Shown: positions 18,981 through 29,270 of the stretch, piece after piece
Position numbering within the stretch: position 1 is the stretch's first letter
Layout: every line of letters starts with the position of its first letter
Source: a candidate division WWE3 bacterium RIFOXYC1_FULL_40_10
GTDB lineage: Bacteria; Patescibacteriota; WWE3; UBA101185; UBA10185
Length of the DNA: 64,000 nt
Direction: 5' to 3'
Assembly (NCBI GenBank): GCA_001773215.1
Contig: MEWB01000001.1
Span: 69,964-133,963, forward strand
The notes under the pieces: generated by a model
Told to the model about the DNA's origin: nothing
Database searches by the model: none
What the model saw: the letters and a program-made list of their open reading frames with translations, nothing else
Made by a program: the position numbers and the translations under genes

Positions 18981-19637
18981 ATGGAAGAGAAAGTATTCCG
19001 GTTGTATAAGGGAATAATGCTAGTCTCTATTAGGGAGTTCTTGAATAAAGAGAAGTATCTGGTAGTTGGACTATTGTGTATAAGTTGCCTATTCATGGGG
19101 TACTATATTAAAAGTTATTTACAGCCTGATTCCTGTGTAATAGACATCGCAAATAATGACATCGTTTCAGGTAACAATCTCATTGCCGAGCTGTCGGGGG
19201 CAGTAGTCAAACCAGGTGTGTATGAACTAAGTGATGGGTCCAGATTGTCAGATCTTGTCAAGCAAGGGCAAGGTTTCACTTTTGAAACTTCGGCAGGGTG
19301 GGTGGCCCATAATATTAACCTGGCTGAGAAGTTAACCGATGGAGTAAAAGTATATATTCCGTTTGAGTGGGAAATTTATGCTCCTGCAAATATAACAGTT
19401 AAAGAAATGCCCCTTGGCAGTTTGTTGGAGAAACCTGATGTCGTTGAAACCAGTTCTTCGATATCAGTCAACAGCGCATCTGAGTTGGACTTGGATAAAC
19501 TGCCTGGAGTAGGGGAATCATACGTTAAGAAAATCACCGGTGCACGACCTTATTTGAATTTGGAGGATTTTAAATCTCGATCGGGTTTGCCGACATCCTT
19601 GATAGATAAAATTAGTTCGTTAATAGATTTTTTGTGA
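18981..19637 (+). CDS. comEA: Competence protein ComEA (SLBB + HhH)
   Basis: TM, LSGAVVKPGVY, INLAEKLTDG, VNSASELDLDKLPGVG. Confidence 0.9.
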   Translation: MEEKVFRLYKGIMLVSIREFLNKEKYLVVGLLCISCLFMGYYIKSYLQPDSCVIDIANNDIVSGNNLIAELSGAVVKPGVYELSDGSRLSDLVKQGQGFTFETSAGWVAHNINLAEKLTDGVKVYIPFEWEIYAPANITVKEMPLGSLLEKPDVVETSSSISVNSASELDLDKLPGVGESYVKKITGARPYLNLEDFKSRSGLPTSLIDKISSLIDFL

Positions 19638-20602
19638 TAGGTAGATACAAGATCCTCCTTTTGTTGTTTCTAGTATGTGCCGGAAGATATATCTATACAT
19701 GTAGACTTGCCTATTGTCCTCAGGAGAAGTCAGCTATTCCTGCCCAAATAAGTTCAATCCATGAAATACTTACACAGAATGTCAGAGCATTTTTACCTAG
19801 TCCTCACGCCGAGCTGGCCCTGGGTATGACGTTTGGTATAGATAATTTTGCCGATATTCCTAAATTCAAGCAGAAGCTTAGAGATACAGGCACTATCCAT
19901 GTAGTGGTCGTATCTGGATTTAATATCAGCTTAGTTAGCGGATTATTGTTGTCGGCGGTAGGCTCTAAATATAAGCCCGGAAATCTGATCCGAGTTCTTT
20001 TGCTGACTTTGGGTTATGCGGTATTTACAGGCTTTGAACCCCCCGTAATCAGAGCGTGGATTATGTCAACAATACTGTTAGTGGGGTCTTTCTATGGGAG
20101 AGTGATAAGCACCATTCAAGTGCTTGTGTTTGCAGGATTAGTCATGGTTTTATACAAGCCAAGTTATCTGGAAAGCCTGAGTTTCCAGCTCAGTTTTGCA
20201 GCAACATTAGGTCTGCTTACAATTACGCCTTTGCTCGATAAGCTTGTAACTCTGCCTAAGGATATTAGCAGTTCCGTGGCTGCCCAAGCAGCCGTTTGGC
20301 CGCTAATTTCATATAATTTTGGCACATTCAGTATCGCAGGGTTGTTTCTTAATCCTTTGATCCTTTGGGTAGTTCCCATAATTACAGTGCTATGCTTCCC
20401 TTTGGCATTCATGGGTTTGCTTCTTGGAGAGTGGGGTAGATTTAGTTATATGGTAGTGTACCCATTGTTAAATTACTTTGTATTGAGCGTTGAATTCTTT
20501 TCTAGAATAATTTTTTCATCAATAACTCTGAAAATATCAGCTCCGGTTTTACTGGCATATTATGTTCTGTTAATTTTTTTCATAGCGAGGCACTATGTTT
20601 AG
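19634..20602 (+). CDS. comEC: ComEC/Rec2 competence channel domain
   Basis: TGTIHVVVVSGFNI, PPVIRAWIM, SFQLSFAAT. Confidence 0.92.
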   Translation: MIGRYKILLLLFLVCAGRYIYTCRLAYCPQEKSAIPAQISSIHEILTQNVRAFLPSPHAELALGMTFGIDNFADIPKFKQKLRDTGTIHVVVVSGFNISLVSGLLLSAVGSKYKPGNLIRVLLLTLGYAVFTGFEPPVIRAWIMSTILLVGSFYGRVISTIQVLVFAGLVMVLYKPSYLESLSFQLSFAATLGLLTITPLLDKLVTLPKDISSSVAAQAAVWPLISYNFGTFSIAGLFLNPLILWVVPIITVLCFPLAFMGLLLGEWGRFSYMVVYPLLNYFVLSVEFFSRIIFSSITLKISAPVLLAYYVLLIFFIARHYV

Positions 20603-21434
20603 AAAATATGTTTTACTTGCCTTTGTAAGCCTTGCTTATATATTTTCCGACAATTTGTACCGGCAGGTGAGAGTAAGGAAGCAAATGTTCGAACTCGATG
20701 TGATTGATGTAGGGCAGGGAGATGCAATCCTGATTACTTCAAATAAGGGTCGGAGAGTATTAGTGGATGGTGGGGACGGGTATGATCTGGATGCATATAT
20801 TAATAAGGTTACACCGGTGCCTTTTTGCAGGATAGACTTTATCATTATGACACATACTCATGCAGACCACTGGGAGGGATTAGATAGAATTATGAAAAGG
20901 TGTGATGTAAGAGTTTTTACATTTAACGACGTGGCATCGGACAGTGCCACATACTTAAAATTTGTGCAAAATATTCCTGAAAATAAGAAGTTAAAACTTT
21001 ATTCCGACAGTAAAATAAAAGTAGATAACATAATAATAACAATCTTGTGGCCAGATATTGCGGTTTTGAAAACCCAGGAATTATCTTCAGATGCGAATTT
21101 TCTATCTACGGTGGCGTTGGTTAGCTACAGGGACTTTGACATACTTTTGACTGGGGATGCCCCTGCAGGAGTATTGGATAAAATATGGGCAGAAAAAGAG
21201 AGTATGCTACAGAATGACAAAGTAGACGTATTTAAAGTTCCCCACCACGGTTCCATAACAGGCTTGAGCGAAAAATTCCTAACAAACCTCTCCCCTACTT
21301 ACTGTGTTATTAGCGTGGGAGAAGGAAATAGCTATGGTTTGCCGGATGAGGATGTACTTTCATTTTTGGCCGAAATAAAATGTGAGGTTTATCGAACAGA
21401 TAGTGATGGAAATATTGAATTCAAAGCAAAATAA
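20595..21434 (+). CDS. ComEC-type metallo-beta-lactamase domain encoded as a separate gene
   Basis: DVGQGDAI, THTHADH, LLTGD, KVPHHGS, ISVG.GNSYGLP, RTD..G. Confidence 0.92.
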   Translation: MFRKYVLLAFVSLAYIFSDNLYRQVRVRKQMFELDVIDVGQGDAILITSNKGRRVLVDGGDGYDLDAYINKVTPVPFCRIDFIIMTHTHADHWEGLDRIMKRCDVRVFTFNDVASDSATYLKFVQNIPENKKLKLYSDSKIKVDNIIITILWPDIAVLKTQELSSDANFLSTVALVSYRDFDILLTGDAPAGVLDKIWAEKESMLQNDKVDVFKVPHHGSITGLSEKFLTNLSPTYCVISVGEGNSYGLPDEDVLSFLAEIKCEVYRTDSDGNIEFKAK

Positions 21435-21448
21435 GGCATAATATCGGT

Positions 21449-23326
21449 ATGTATTATTTACCGGAGCTTCTAAGACAAAAGATCGGGGAAGTTTTTAACA
21501 ATCTGTACTCGATAGAAATTACTGATTTTTCTATAGAGCATCCTACCCATGCTAACTTTGGAAATTATTCTACAAATGTAGCTATGATAGGAGCAAAGTT
21601 GGTAAAGGAGTCTCCCATGGAAATTGCCGAGAAGTTAGCAGTTAAGTTAAAATCATTACCAATTACGTTCGACTACAACTCTGCTGTCTATAACGTATTT
21701 TCCGAAGTAACAGTGGCCGGTCCTGGCTTTGTTAATTTTCACTTTTCTTTAGACTGGATCAAGTACGTACTTTCCCAAACTTTGGGTGCTAAAAACTGCC
21801 TTAATGCGTCCTCTATTAGCACGGTATATTCGAATAAGGTGGTTATGTTTGAATACACGGATCCTAACCCTTTTAAGGTATTCCATATTGGTCACTTAAT
21901 GAGTAATTCCATAGGTGAAGCTCTCTCAAGGTTAATTGAGTATCAGGGGGCCAAGGTGATTAGGGTCAACTATCAAGGAGATGTAGGAATGCATGTGGCT
22001 ATGTCCCTTTGGGGTTTAATGAAAAGAATGGAAGAAGATAAGAGAAGTATAGCCGATTTAAGGATACTATCCTTGGCGGAAAGGATGTCATATTTAGGCA
22101 AAGCGTACGCTTTGGGTGCTACCCGATTTAAAGAAGACGCTGACAGCTCTTCGGAAATTAAAGAGTTGAACAAATACATCTACGTAGTGTCTCAAAAGAG
22201 GATGGTGATGGATGATCAGTGGACGCCTAAAATAAATTTTACATCTAGAATTGAAGACATAGACAACAAGCTGATGGAGAAAATTGACACGCTGTATAAG
22301 GAAGGAAGAAGTTGGAGCATAGAATACTTTGAAACATTGTATAAAAAGCTAGGTACTAGATTTGATTCCTACTTTTTTGAAAGCGGGGTCGCCGAGTATG
22401 GCTACCAGTGTGTAAAGGACAATATTGCAACGGGCATATTTGAAGAAAGTGATGGTGCAATTGTGTTTAAAGGTGACAAATACGGTCTTCATACCCGAGT
22501 ATTTATTAATTCTCAAGACCTACCTACCTATGAGGCTAAGGATTTGGGTCTTGCTTTCATTAAATATGACAAACACCCCTATGACTTTTCGTTTGTGATC
22601 ACAGCTAACGAGATAAATGAGTATTTTAAAGTAGTTCTGAAAGCGATGAGTTTGATAAACCCAGAATTGTCGAAGAAAACTACGCATTTAGGGCATGGAA
22701 TGATGAAACTGACCTCGGGAAAGATGTCGTCCAGGACTGGGAAAATAATCGCTGGGGATGAGCTACTTAACTCTGTAAAAGAAGCAGTTTTAGGACAAAT
22801 TAAGATACAGAACGTAGTTTTTGGCGAACACGCTCAGGATATTACTGCAGATAAAATAGCGGTAGCGTCTATAAAGTATTCGATACTGCAAAAAAATATA
22901 GGAGACGATATTGTTTATGACCCCGAAAAGTCCCTAGAGCTAACGGGCAATACGGGCCCTTATATTTTGTATACAAATGCCAGGGCAGCATCCGTATTAG
23001 AGAAAGCCGGAGCCTGTCGCTACTCCGTCGATGAGTTGTTTGGCATGGGTTTTGAAGTAAGAGACGAGGAAAAAGCAATTGTATCGCTACTTGGCGAGTT
23101 CGAAGAATATGCATTGAAAGCCGGATCCGAGCTAAGTCCGCATGTCCTTTCGGGTTATTTATACAGTGTGTGCCAAAAGTTTAATTCGTATTACTCTGAA
23201 GTTTCTATTTCTTCAGAAAAAGATGAGTGTATTAAAAGTTTTCGACTTCATATGACCAATTGTGTCACAAAGGTACTTTCTGCAGGTATGTACCTGCTTG
23301 GAATACCTATTGTTGATAAAATGTAG
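21449..23326 (+). CDS. argS: Arginine--tRNA ligase
   Basis: GPGFVNF, PNPFKVFHIGH, KMSSRTG, GNTGPYILY DALR domain. Confidence 0.97.
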   Translation: MYYLPELLRQKIGEVFNNLYSIEITDFSIEHPTHANFGNYSTNVAMIGAKLVKESPMEIAEKLAVKLKSLPITFDYNSAVYNVFSEVTVAGPGFVNFHFSLDWIKYVLSQTLGAKNCLNASSISTVYSNKVVMFEYTDPNPFKVFHIGHLMSNSIGEALSRLIEYQGAKVIRVNYQGDVGMHVAMSLWGLMKRMEEDKRSIADLRILSLAERMSYLGKAYALGATRFKEDADSSSEIKELNKYIYVVSQKRMVMDDQWTPKINFTSRIEDIDNKLMEKIDTLYKEGRSWSIEYFETLYKKLGTRFDSYFFESGVAEYGYQCVKDNIATGIFEESDGAIVFKGDKYGLHTRVFINSQDLPTYEAKDLGLAFIKYDKHPYDFSFVITANEINEYFKVVLKAMSLINPELSKKTTHLGHGMMKLTSGKMSSRTGKIIAGDELLNSVKEAVLGQIKIQNVVFGEHAQDITADKIAVASIKYSILQKNIGDDIVYDPEKSLELTGNTGPYILYTNARAASVLEKAGACRYSVDELFGMGFEVRDEEKAIVSLLGEFEEYALKAGSELSPHVLSGYLYSVCQKFNSYYSEVSISSEKDECIKSFRLHMTNCVTKVLSAGMYLLGIPIVDKM

Positions 23327-23349
23327 TAGGAGAAAATATAATAAACACA

Positions 23350-24390
23350 ATGACTGCCAAGATAAAAAATAAATCGAAAGTACCAGGTCTGCTCAAGAAC
23401 TTGTTAAAACCTGTGCTTTCAATAGTGATACTTAGCACTTTTGTGCTAATTATTTTCACGATAGTGCAAAACTTATGGGACCTTGATGTGAGTAAGTTTA
23501 TGCGGATTACGGACAAAGCCTTAAATAAGGTAAACATCGACATTGATGAAAATAAGGTGGGGGAAGTAGCCGGCAAGTTTGTAGAGAGAATCTCTCAAAC
23601 TGACTTGGGCTCGGGAGTTAGTGACTTTAGACCCGCCAAGGAGGAGGTTCTAAAAATAGGGATACTGTCCGATATCCATGAGGATGAGAAAAACTTGAAT
23701 AGCGCGATTGAAAGAATTAAGCAACTAAACATCACTACTGTGTTTTTCCTAGGAGATGCAACAAACTATGGAGATCAACCTGCATTAAGGCTTGAGAAGG
23801 AGATGTTAGATAAATTTGGACTTGAATACTATATACTTCCGGGAGATCACGACTTGGCACAGTCCGCTGGTCCTGAGAACTTTCAGTCGGTGTTTGGAGG
23901 TTCCAATAGGGTTTTATCCCTTAAGGGAGTTAGTTTCGTATTATTTAACAACAGCGCAAATTTTACAAAGTTAGAACAAAAAGACATGGATTGGCTAACT
24001 TCTTCATTGAACGGGGCTGATTTCTTGGTGTTGTCGCAGCCTATCTATGCAGACGATTTACTTCCTCCTTTTAACAAGTTATTTATGGGGAGTACAAATG
24101 GTGAAGTTCCTCAAGAAAAGATAGTGTTACAAGAAGATGTGAGAGCCCAAAGAGATCAAATATTGGATCTCGTTAGACATAGTAACGTGAGAGCACTAAT
24201 ATCCGGAGACCATCATAAATCAAGCAACAAGATTGATCCTGCAAACGACAAATTAAGCCATCTAGTTGTCGGGGCAGTATCAGGCGAAATAAATGGCTAT
24301 TCTCAGAATGTTATTCAATCGCCCAGGGTTGCAACACTCACAGTGTATGAAGATAAATCCTATATATTTGAAGATGTTGTACTAGATTAG
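23350..24390 (+). CDS. Membrane-anchored calcineurin-like metallophosphoesterase
   Basis: TM; SDIH, LGD, PGDHD, SGDHH. Confidence 0.88.
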   Translation: MTAKIKNKSKVPGLLKNLLKPVLSIVILSTFVLIIFTIVQNLWDLDVSKFMRITDKALNKVNIDIDENKVGEVAGKFVERISQTDLGSGVSDFRPAKEEVLKIGILSDIHEDEKNLNSAIERIKQLNITTVFFLGDATNYGDQPALRLEKEMLDKFGLEYYILPGDHDLAQSAGPENFQSVFGGSNRVLSLKGVSFVLFNNSANFTKLEQKDMDWLTSSLNGADFLVLSQPIYADDLLPPFNKLFMGSTNGEVPQEKIVLQEDVRAQRDQILDLVRHSNVRALISGDHHKSSNKIDPANDKLSHLVVGAVSGEINGYSQNVIQSPRVATLTVYEDKSYIFEDVVLD

Positions 24391-24413
24391 TAGTTATTGT
24401 ATATTCTATCGCT

Positions 24414-24995
24414 ATGATACAAAGAAGTTTAGTGTTAATGAAGCCGGATGCAGTGAAGCGGGGTATAGTTGGCGAAATATTACATAGGTTTGAAAGATCA
24501 GGTTTAAAAATGATTGCTGTTAAGCTAGTACAGGCTGATGAGAACTTAGCTTCACGCCATTATCCCGACAGTGATGAGTGGAAAACAAAGGTGGGGCAAA
24601 GAACCCTGGATGATTGTGAAAAATACGGTATAGACGTAATGGCGAATATGGGAACTAAAGACCCACTCGAAGTCGGAGGCATAGTTAAGAAATGGAATAT
24701 GGAATTCTTGATGTCGGGGCCTGTCCTAGCCATAGTTTTCGAAGGTGTGAATGCTATCGAAAGAGTAAGATCTTTGGTAGGAGATACCGTTCCTACTAAA
24801 GCATCTGCGGGTACCATCAGAGGAGACTTTTCTCTGGATTCTGCAATAGCTGCCAACAGACGAGGAAGGACAATCTATAATCTTATACACGCATCAGGAT
24901 CTGAGGATGAAGCAAAGGATGAAATCCTCATGTGGTTTAAGGAAGAACCGATGATTTCTTACAAAAGAGTTCACGATGATCTATACTCATACTAG
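24414..24995 (+). CDS. ndk: Nucleoside diphosphate kinase (long form)
   Basis: KPDAVKRG, GTIRGDF, NLIHAS. Confidence 0.95.
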   Translation: MIQRSLVLMKPDAVKRGIVGEILHRFERSGLKMIAVKLVQADENLASRHYPDSDEWKTKVGQRTLDDCEKYGIDVMANMGTKDPLEVGGIVKKWNMEFLMSGPVLAIVFEGVNAIERVRSLVGDTVPTKASAGTIRGDFSLDSAIAANRRGRTIYNLIHASGSEDEAKDEILMWFKEEPMISYKRVHDDLYSY

Positions 24996-24998
24996 TTT

Positions 24999-26075
24999 AT
25001 GACAAGTAATTACTATAACTCAAAAGTACTTTCCACGGGTAAGAGTTATGATTTAAGCAATCCATCAGACAGGCATTCATATTGGCATGATAAGGCAGGA
25101 AAAAAAATAGAGGAGCTGAAGGAGTTTTTGGAGCATAATTCTTTTATGGCCTTTTTGGTTGCTAAGAAGCAGGCGGGAAAGGGTACATATGCCAAGATGA
25201 TAGAAGAGTTATTGGGTCAGGAGAGGTTCACGCATATTTCGGTGGGGGATGTGGTTAGAAAGGTTGAAAAGGATCTCAAAAATGCTTATAAAGCCAAGGA
25301 GATTACAGACTATCTTAAGAGAGAATATCGCGGTTTCATCAGCATAGAGGACGCCCTTACTGAGCTTAGAAACAGAACCTCTGATAAAGTTAGTGTTCCA
25401 ACGGAATTAGTTTTAACCCTGTTGAAGAAGGAGATTAAGAGTAGTGGAAACAAGGGAATATTTTTGGACGGCCTTCCCAGGACAATGGATCAAGTGTCAT
25501 ACTCGTTGTATTTTAGGGATCTAGTGGGTTCGCGTTATGAGAAAGATTTTTTCATACTTATCGATGTCCCACTGGAGTTAATTAAAATTAGAATGTCTGG
25601 GAGAAGAGTATGCCCGCAGTGCGGAACCTCGAGAAGTTTAGTATTGAATCCGACCAAATTTGTTCGATTTAGTAATGCACGCAAGGATGGTGATCAGTTT
25701 TATTTTTTATGTGATAACAGTGGTTGTGCCGGATATCAGACTGCTGAATATATTGCCAAAGAAGGCGACGATGGTGGTGTAGAACTGATAGAAGATAGAA
25801 TGAGGCTAGATAATGAACTTATGTCCACGGTTGCTAATCTGCATGGGGTACCTAACATTTTGCTAAACGGCTGTTACCCTAAAGATATTATCAGTAATTA
25901 TCTTGAGGAGTACGAAATCCAGACAAGATATGATTATCAGTATGTTAACGGTAGCGTAAAAGTAACTGAGGCGCCTTTGTATTTTAGGGATGAGAAGGGT
26001 CAGGAAGTGGGGGTTATGAGAGCGGCAGTATTCGTTCTGTGTCTAATCGACCAAATGCACTCGTTATTGATATAA
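24999..26075 (+). CDS. Atypical adenylate kinase-like nucleoside monophosphate kinase
   Basis: AKKQAGKGT P-loop, HISVGDVVR, LDGLPRT, RMSGRRVCPQCG LID. Confidence 0.8.
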   Translation: MTSNYYNSKVLSTGKSYDLSNPSDRHSYWHDKAGKKIEELKEFLEHNSFMAFLVAKKQAGKGTYAKMIEELLGQERFTHISVGDVVRKVEKDLKNAYKAKEITDYLKREYRGFISIEDALTELRNRTSDKVSVPTELVLTLLKKEIKSSGNKGIFLDGLPRTMDQVSYSLYFRDLVGSRYEKDFFILIDVPLELIKIRMSGRRVCPQCGTSRSLVLNPTKFVRFSNARKDGDQFYFLCDNSGCAGYQTAEYIAKEGDDGGVELIEDRMRLDNELMSTVANLHGVPNILLNGCYPKDIISNYLEEYEIQTRYDYQYVNGSVKVTEAPLYFRDEKGQEVGVMRAAVFVLCLIDQMHSLLI

Positions 26076-26088
26076 TGCACTATGTTGT

Positions 26089-26175
26089 GGAGGGATGGCC
26101 GAGTGGTTTATGGCGCTGGTCTTGAAAACCAGTGGGAGCAATCCCGCGTGGGTTCGAATCCCACTCCCTCCGCCA
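26089..26175 (+). tRNA. tRNA-Ser(TGA)
   Basis: Cloverleaf with long variable arm, anticodon TGA, CCA end. Confidence 0.96.
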
Positions 26176-26224
26176 TCAAAAAAGCCAATATCAATTTCTG
26201 TGATACTGGCATTGTTTGTTAACC

Positions 26225-26725
26225 TTAGTCGTTATATGTCAGTGTTCCATCTTCTGCAACGGTATAATTTCTATCTATTTCCCAGGAGTTATAACATAGG
26301 GGAAGTAACTTCCCAATGATCCACACAGGTAATTGGATTGGAAACATGAAGGATTCATTATACTTGTTCCATTGGCCATTTTCATATGGAGTTATTCCTC
26401 CATCCCTGATAGACTCAGTGTCCATGTGAATATACTTGCGGGAAAAGTTTCCCATGTTGATGCAACAATATGCCCGTAATCCCAATCTCATACCTGAAAT
26501 AGTAACTACCTCTGAAGCAGCAACAAATACCTCCCTGTGGGTTGCTGTGCCGTTTTCATTTTTTAACATCTTGATAATCACCCGTCCTGGTTTTATTGAG
26601 TCGGCATTCTTGATCTTGAACAAACGATTAGAAAATATCCGTGTGAAGAAATAGAAGAAGATGGTACACATCAAAGCCTCCTTTACTGTCACTATAATGT
26701 GACTATAGAGCGTCGTTTCACGCAT
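26225..26725 (-). CDS. Hypothetical protein (start uncertain, alternative Met at 26671)
   Basis: 166-aa ORF between tRNA-Ser and a divergent ORF; no recognised motif. Confidence 0.5.
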   Translation of the reverse strand: MRETTLYSHIIVTVKEALMCTIFFYFFTRIFSNRLFKIKNADSIKPGRVIIKMLKNENGTATHREVFVAASEVVTISGMRLGLRAYCCINMGNFSRKYIHMDTESIRDGGITPYENGQWNKYNESFMFPIQLPVWIIGKLLPLCYNSWEIDRNYTVAEDGTLTYND

Positions 26726-26772
26726 TATAGCACAGGTATGCTAGAATATGACTAACGTTCACAGGAGGCAGT

Positions 26773-27126
26773 ATGTTTCTTAATGAATTCGTAAATACTT
26801 TGAGAGAGTTTCTGCATGTCTACGGTATCACTGCAGATGTACCAACCTGGTCCGACTGCGCTCTTGGCGGAAGATTTAGGGTGATATTTTTCTCTGGCGA
26901 AGGGATGTGTGCACTTATCCCCGATAGAACTTCCGAGGGTATTGTGCCGGTGCTTACGGTGGAAGACTTTTTTGAACAAAGGGGAGTTCCACTTGAGCTG
27001 AAGCCGTTAACCGGTAAGGGGAGAAAACGTATTCTTATTTTAGGGAGTAAGAAATATATATTGCGCTGCAGGCTAGAAAGACCGATGCCGAAGTGGTGGA
27101 ACATTGAAGTCGAACCCCTGCCATAG
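26773..27126 (+). CDS. Hypothetical protein
   Basis: AGGAGG SD, upstream TGCTAGAAT extended -10, downstream terminator. Confidence 0.65.
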   Translation: MFLNEFVNTLREFLHVYGITADVPTWSDCALGGRFRVIFFSGEGMCALIPDRTSEGIVPVLTVEDFFEQRGVPLELKPLTGKGRKRILILGSKKYILRCRLERPMPKWWNIEVEPLP

Positions 27127-27138
27127 TATGCTGTAATA

Positions 27139-27184
27139 GCCCGTTTGATTGAGAGTTTCTCTAATCGAACGGGTCTTTCTTTTG
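27139..27184 (+). terminator. Intrinsic terminator
   Basis: CCCGTTTGATT..AATCGAACGGG + TCTTTCTTTT. Confidence 0.7.
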
Positions 27185-27206
27185 TGATAAAATAAGCCAT
27201 CGGCAC

Positions 27207-27281
27207 GCCCTCATAGTTAAACGGATATAACAGGCCTCTCCTAAGGGCCAATTGCAGGTTCAATTCCTACTGGGGGCACCA
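27207..27281 (+). tRNA. tRNA-Arg(CCT)
   Basis: Anticodon loop CTCCTAA, GTTCAATTC, CCA. Confidence 0.93.
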
Positions 27282-27290
27282 GTAACTCTT

Positions 27291-27367
27291 CGGGGTATAG
27301 CTCAGTTGGCTAGAGCGCACGGTTCGGGACCGTGAGGCCGCCCGTTCAAGTCGGGCTACCCCGACCA
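27291..27367 (+). tRNA. tRNA-Pro(CGG)
   Basis: CGGGGTA acceptor stem, loop TTCGGGA, CCA. Confidence 0.95.
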
Positions 27368-27391
27368 GCATATATTAGTTATAATTAATAG

Positions 27392-28093
27392 GTGAACTTA
27401 ACTACTCTCAAAAAGCATTACTTTAGTACCTTACCTTTTTTATTCATATTAATAGGTCTCACACTTCTGTTTTTGTCGCTTGGACCGCTAATTGGATCGG
27501 AGATATTATATTATCTAGGAGAGTTAACCTCGCGAAAGTACATTTTGGACGAAAACGCTGCTCACGCGAATGATGAGGAACAAAGCGTATTTTCAAATTT
27601 ACTTGGCAATCAAATTACTTATGTCACACCCCCAAACAAGGATTTTTCTTTGGTCATAGAACGGCTTAATATTTCAGCTCCTGTGGTTAAAGATGTCACA
27701 GTTTTTGATAGGGATTCGTACAATGAGGCTCTTAAAGGGGGTATTGCCCACTCTATTTCTTCTAATTATCCCTCTTCCGATCCCGGAAATGTATATCTTT
27801 TTGCACATGCCTCGCTTAATTTTTGGGAACTTGGAAAATATGCTACTGTGTTCAATCTCTTAAGGAAAGTGAGAACAGAAGATTTGATTCATGTTTTTTA
27901 TAAAGGTGATGACTACATTTATAAAGTCATAGATAAAGAGGTATACAAAGGATGGGATGTGAGGCCGCTAACAAGGTTGTATATCGAGCCCATTTTGACT
28001 TTGCAAACCTGTGACCCGCCGGGAACAACACTGAATAGGCTTGTTGTGACTGCCAAGTTGATGGAAATTAAGAAATTATCTGATACTAACTGA
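27392..28093 (+). CDS. Sortase (class D/E-like)
   Basis: TM; GNVYLFAHAS (His), LTLQTCDPPGT (Cys), NRLVV (Arg). Confidence 0.92.
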   Translation: MNLTTLKKHYFSTLPFLFILIGLTLLFLSLGPLIGSEILYYLGELTSRKYILDENAAHANDEEQSVFSNLLGNQITYVTPPNKDFSLVIERLNISAPVVKDVTVFDRDSYNEALKGGIAHSISSNYPSSDPGNVYLFAHASLNFWELGKYATVFNLLRKVRTEDLIHVFYKGDDYIYKVIDKEVYKGWDVRPLTRLYIEPILTLQTCDPPGTTLNRLVVTAKLMEIKKLSDTN

Positions 28094-29236
28094 ATATAGG
28101 TCTGTTTGTCCGCTTGACTTGAATGAAGTGATTATTAATATTCTATCCCCACTGGGTGAGCTAAATACCAAGTCACTGTATAAAGTGTTATTGTAGATCT
28201 CAGTCTTGTTTGTACCATCTATTCTGACTAAGCTAATCGTCCCCTTTTTGTTATTCAGAATGTCTCCTTCCACTACGACAAAGTGGTAACTATCCGGGTA
28301 CCACACAAGCTTGGGTTGTGGGTCGGAGGCTTTTAGACTCATTACTGTCGTTTCTCTGTTTTCTCCTATCGGAAGAGGTTTTTCAAGGTTGTACACATAA
28401 TAGGACATCATGTCGCCGGATTGGACTGTATACATAAATTTCTTTTGATCCGGAGACCACTCAGATTTGGGAGAAAGTGCAATATTTCTAACATTGTCTG
28501 GTATATCTATCTTTTCGACGAAGGCAGTACGTTTCTTATCGAGTTCTGATATCCACGTGTCACGAGCAATCTGGGGGCTTGTTGTAGTTTCAGCAGTATT
28601 GTTAACCAAATCCGCCATGTAGTTTACTCCGTTTGGGCCTTCTATAATCAAGTTTTTGTCATCATACGACCATTCAATACTCTTAGCTCCCGAATATTTC
28701 ACACGAGTTGTATCAACTAAAACTATGCTTGAGTTAGGTCTAAATATGCTTAAAGTATAATTTCCTATCTGCATAACCCACACTCCGTTTGTCTCTTCCC
28801 CGCTGGTTGTGTACGCGACTTTATCCATAGAATTTGATAGGGACGCCGAACTTATTCCGGTATTTGTTAAGGGTTCAATTCTTGGAGTTTGGGAAATTAA
28901 AACCGCTGTAATGTCAGTTACAAGCTCTGGGAAAACTTCCAGTTCTTTTTCCCATTCTACAAACCCCTTTTTCACGATTTTCAATCGGTGTTTACCCGGT
29001 TCAATTCCGGATATCGTATCATTCGTGGCTGTTGCTACTTTGCCGTCAAGAAACACAGTTGCACCTTCCGGCAAGGACTTCGCACTTATCATACCTGTTT
29101 TGGATAGGTCGATTGTATTAGTTGAAGTTCTATTTATCCTGTATCCGGATGTGTATAAATACAGCACAGTAGTAGTGCTGAAAATAATTAAAAGTGTAAA
29201 AAGCGTTTCGAATAGTGGAAATTTGCGTATATCCAT
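28076..29236 (-). CDS. PEGA domain protein with TolB-like beta-propeller
   Basis: TM then SLPEGATVFLDG...PGKHRLKIVKKGF; WSYD/WSPD/WYPD/SSPS propeller repeats; start at MDIRKF. Confidence 0.85.
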   Translation of the reverse strand: MDIRKFPLFETLFTLLIIFSTTTVLYLYTSGYRINRTSTNTIDLSKTGMISAKSLPEGATVFLDGKVATATNDTISGIEPGKHRLKIVKKGFVEWEKELEVFPELVTDITAVLISQTPRIEPLTNTGISSASLSNSMDKVAYTTSGEETNGVWVMQIGNYTLSIFRPNSSIVLVDTTRVKYSGAKSIEWSYDDKNLIIEGPNGVNYMADLVNNTAETTTSPQIARDTWISELDKKRTAFVEKIDIPDNVRNIALSPKSEWSPDQKKFMYTVQSGDMMSYYVYNLEKPLPIGENRETTVMSLKASDPQPKLVWYPDSYHFVVVEGDILNNKKGTISLVRIDGTNKTEIYNNTLYSDLVFSSPSGDRILIITSFKSSGQTDLYSVSIR

Positions 29237-29270
29237 GGAAGTAATTTTAACACACAGGTATAATGCATGC

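Noticed and set aside
26095-26319. ORFs overlapping tRNAs (also 26820-27263 and 63501-63719)
   Set aside because: They are translations of tRNA sequence or antisense frames with no protein features.
28809-29270. 154-aa N-terminal extension of the WecB/TagA ORF
   Set aside because: It is the antisense shadow of the PEGA gene; the real start is at 29271 after TATAAT.
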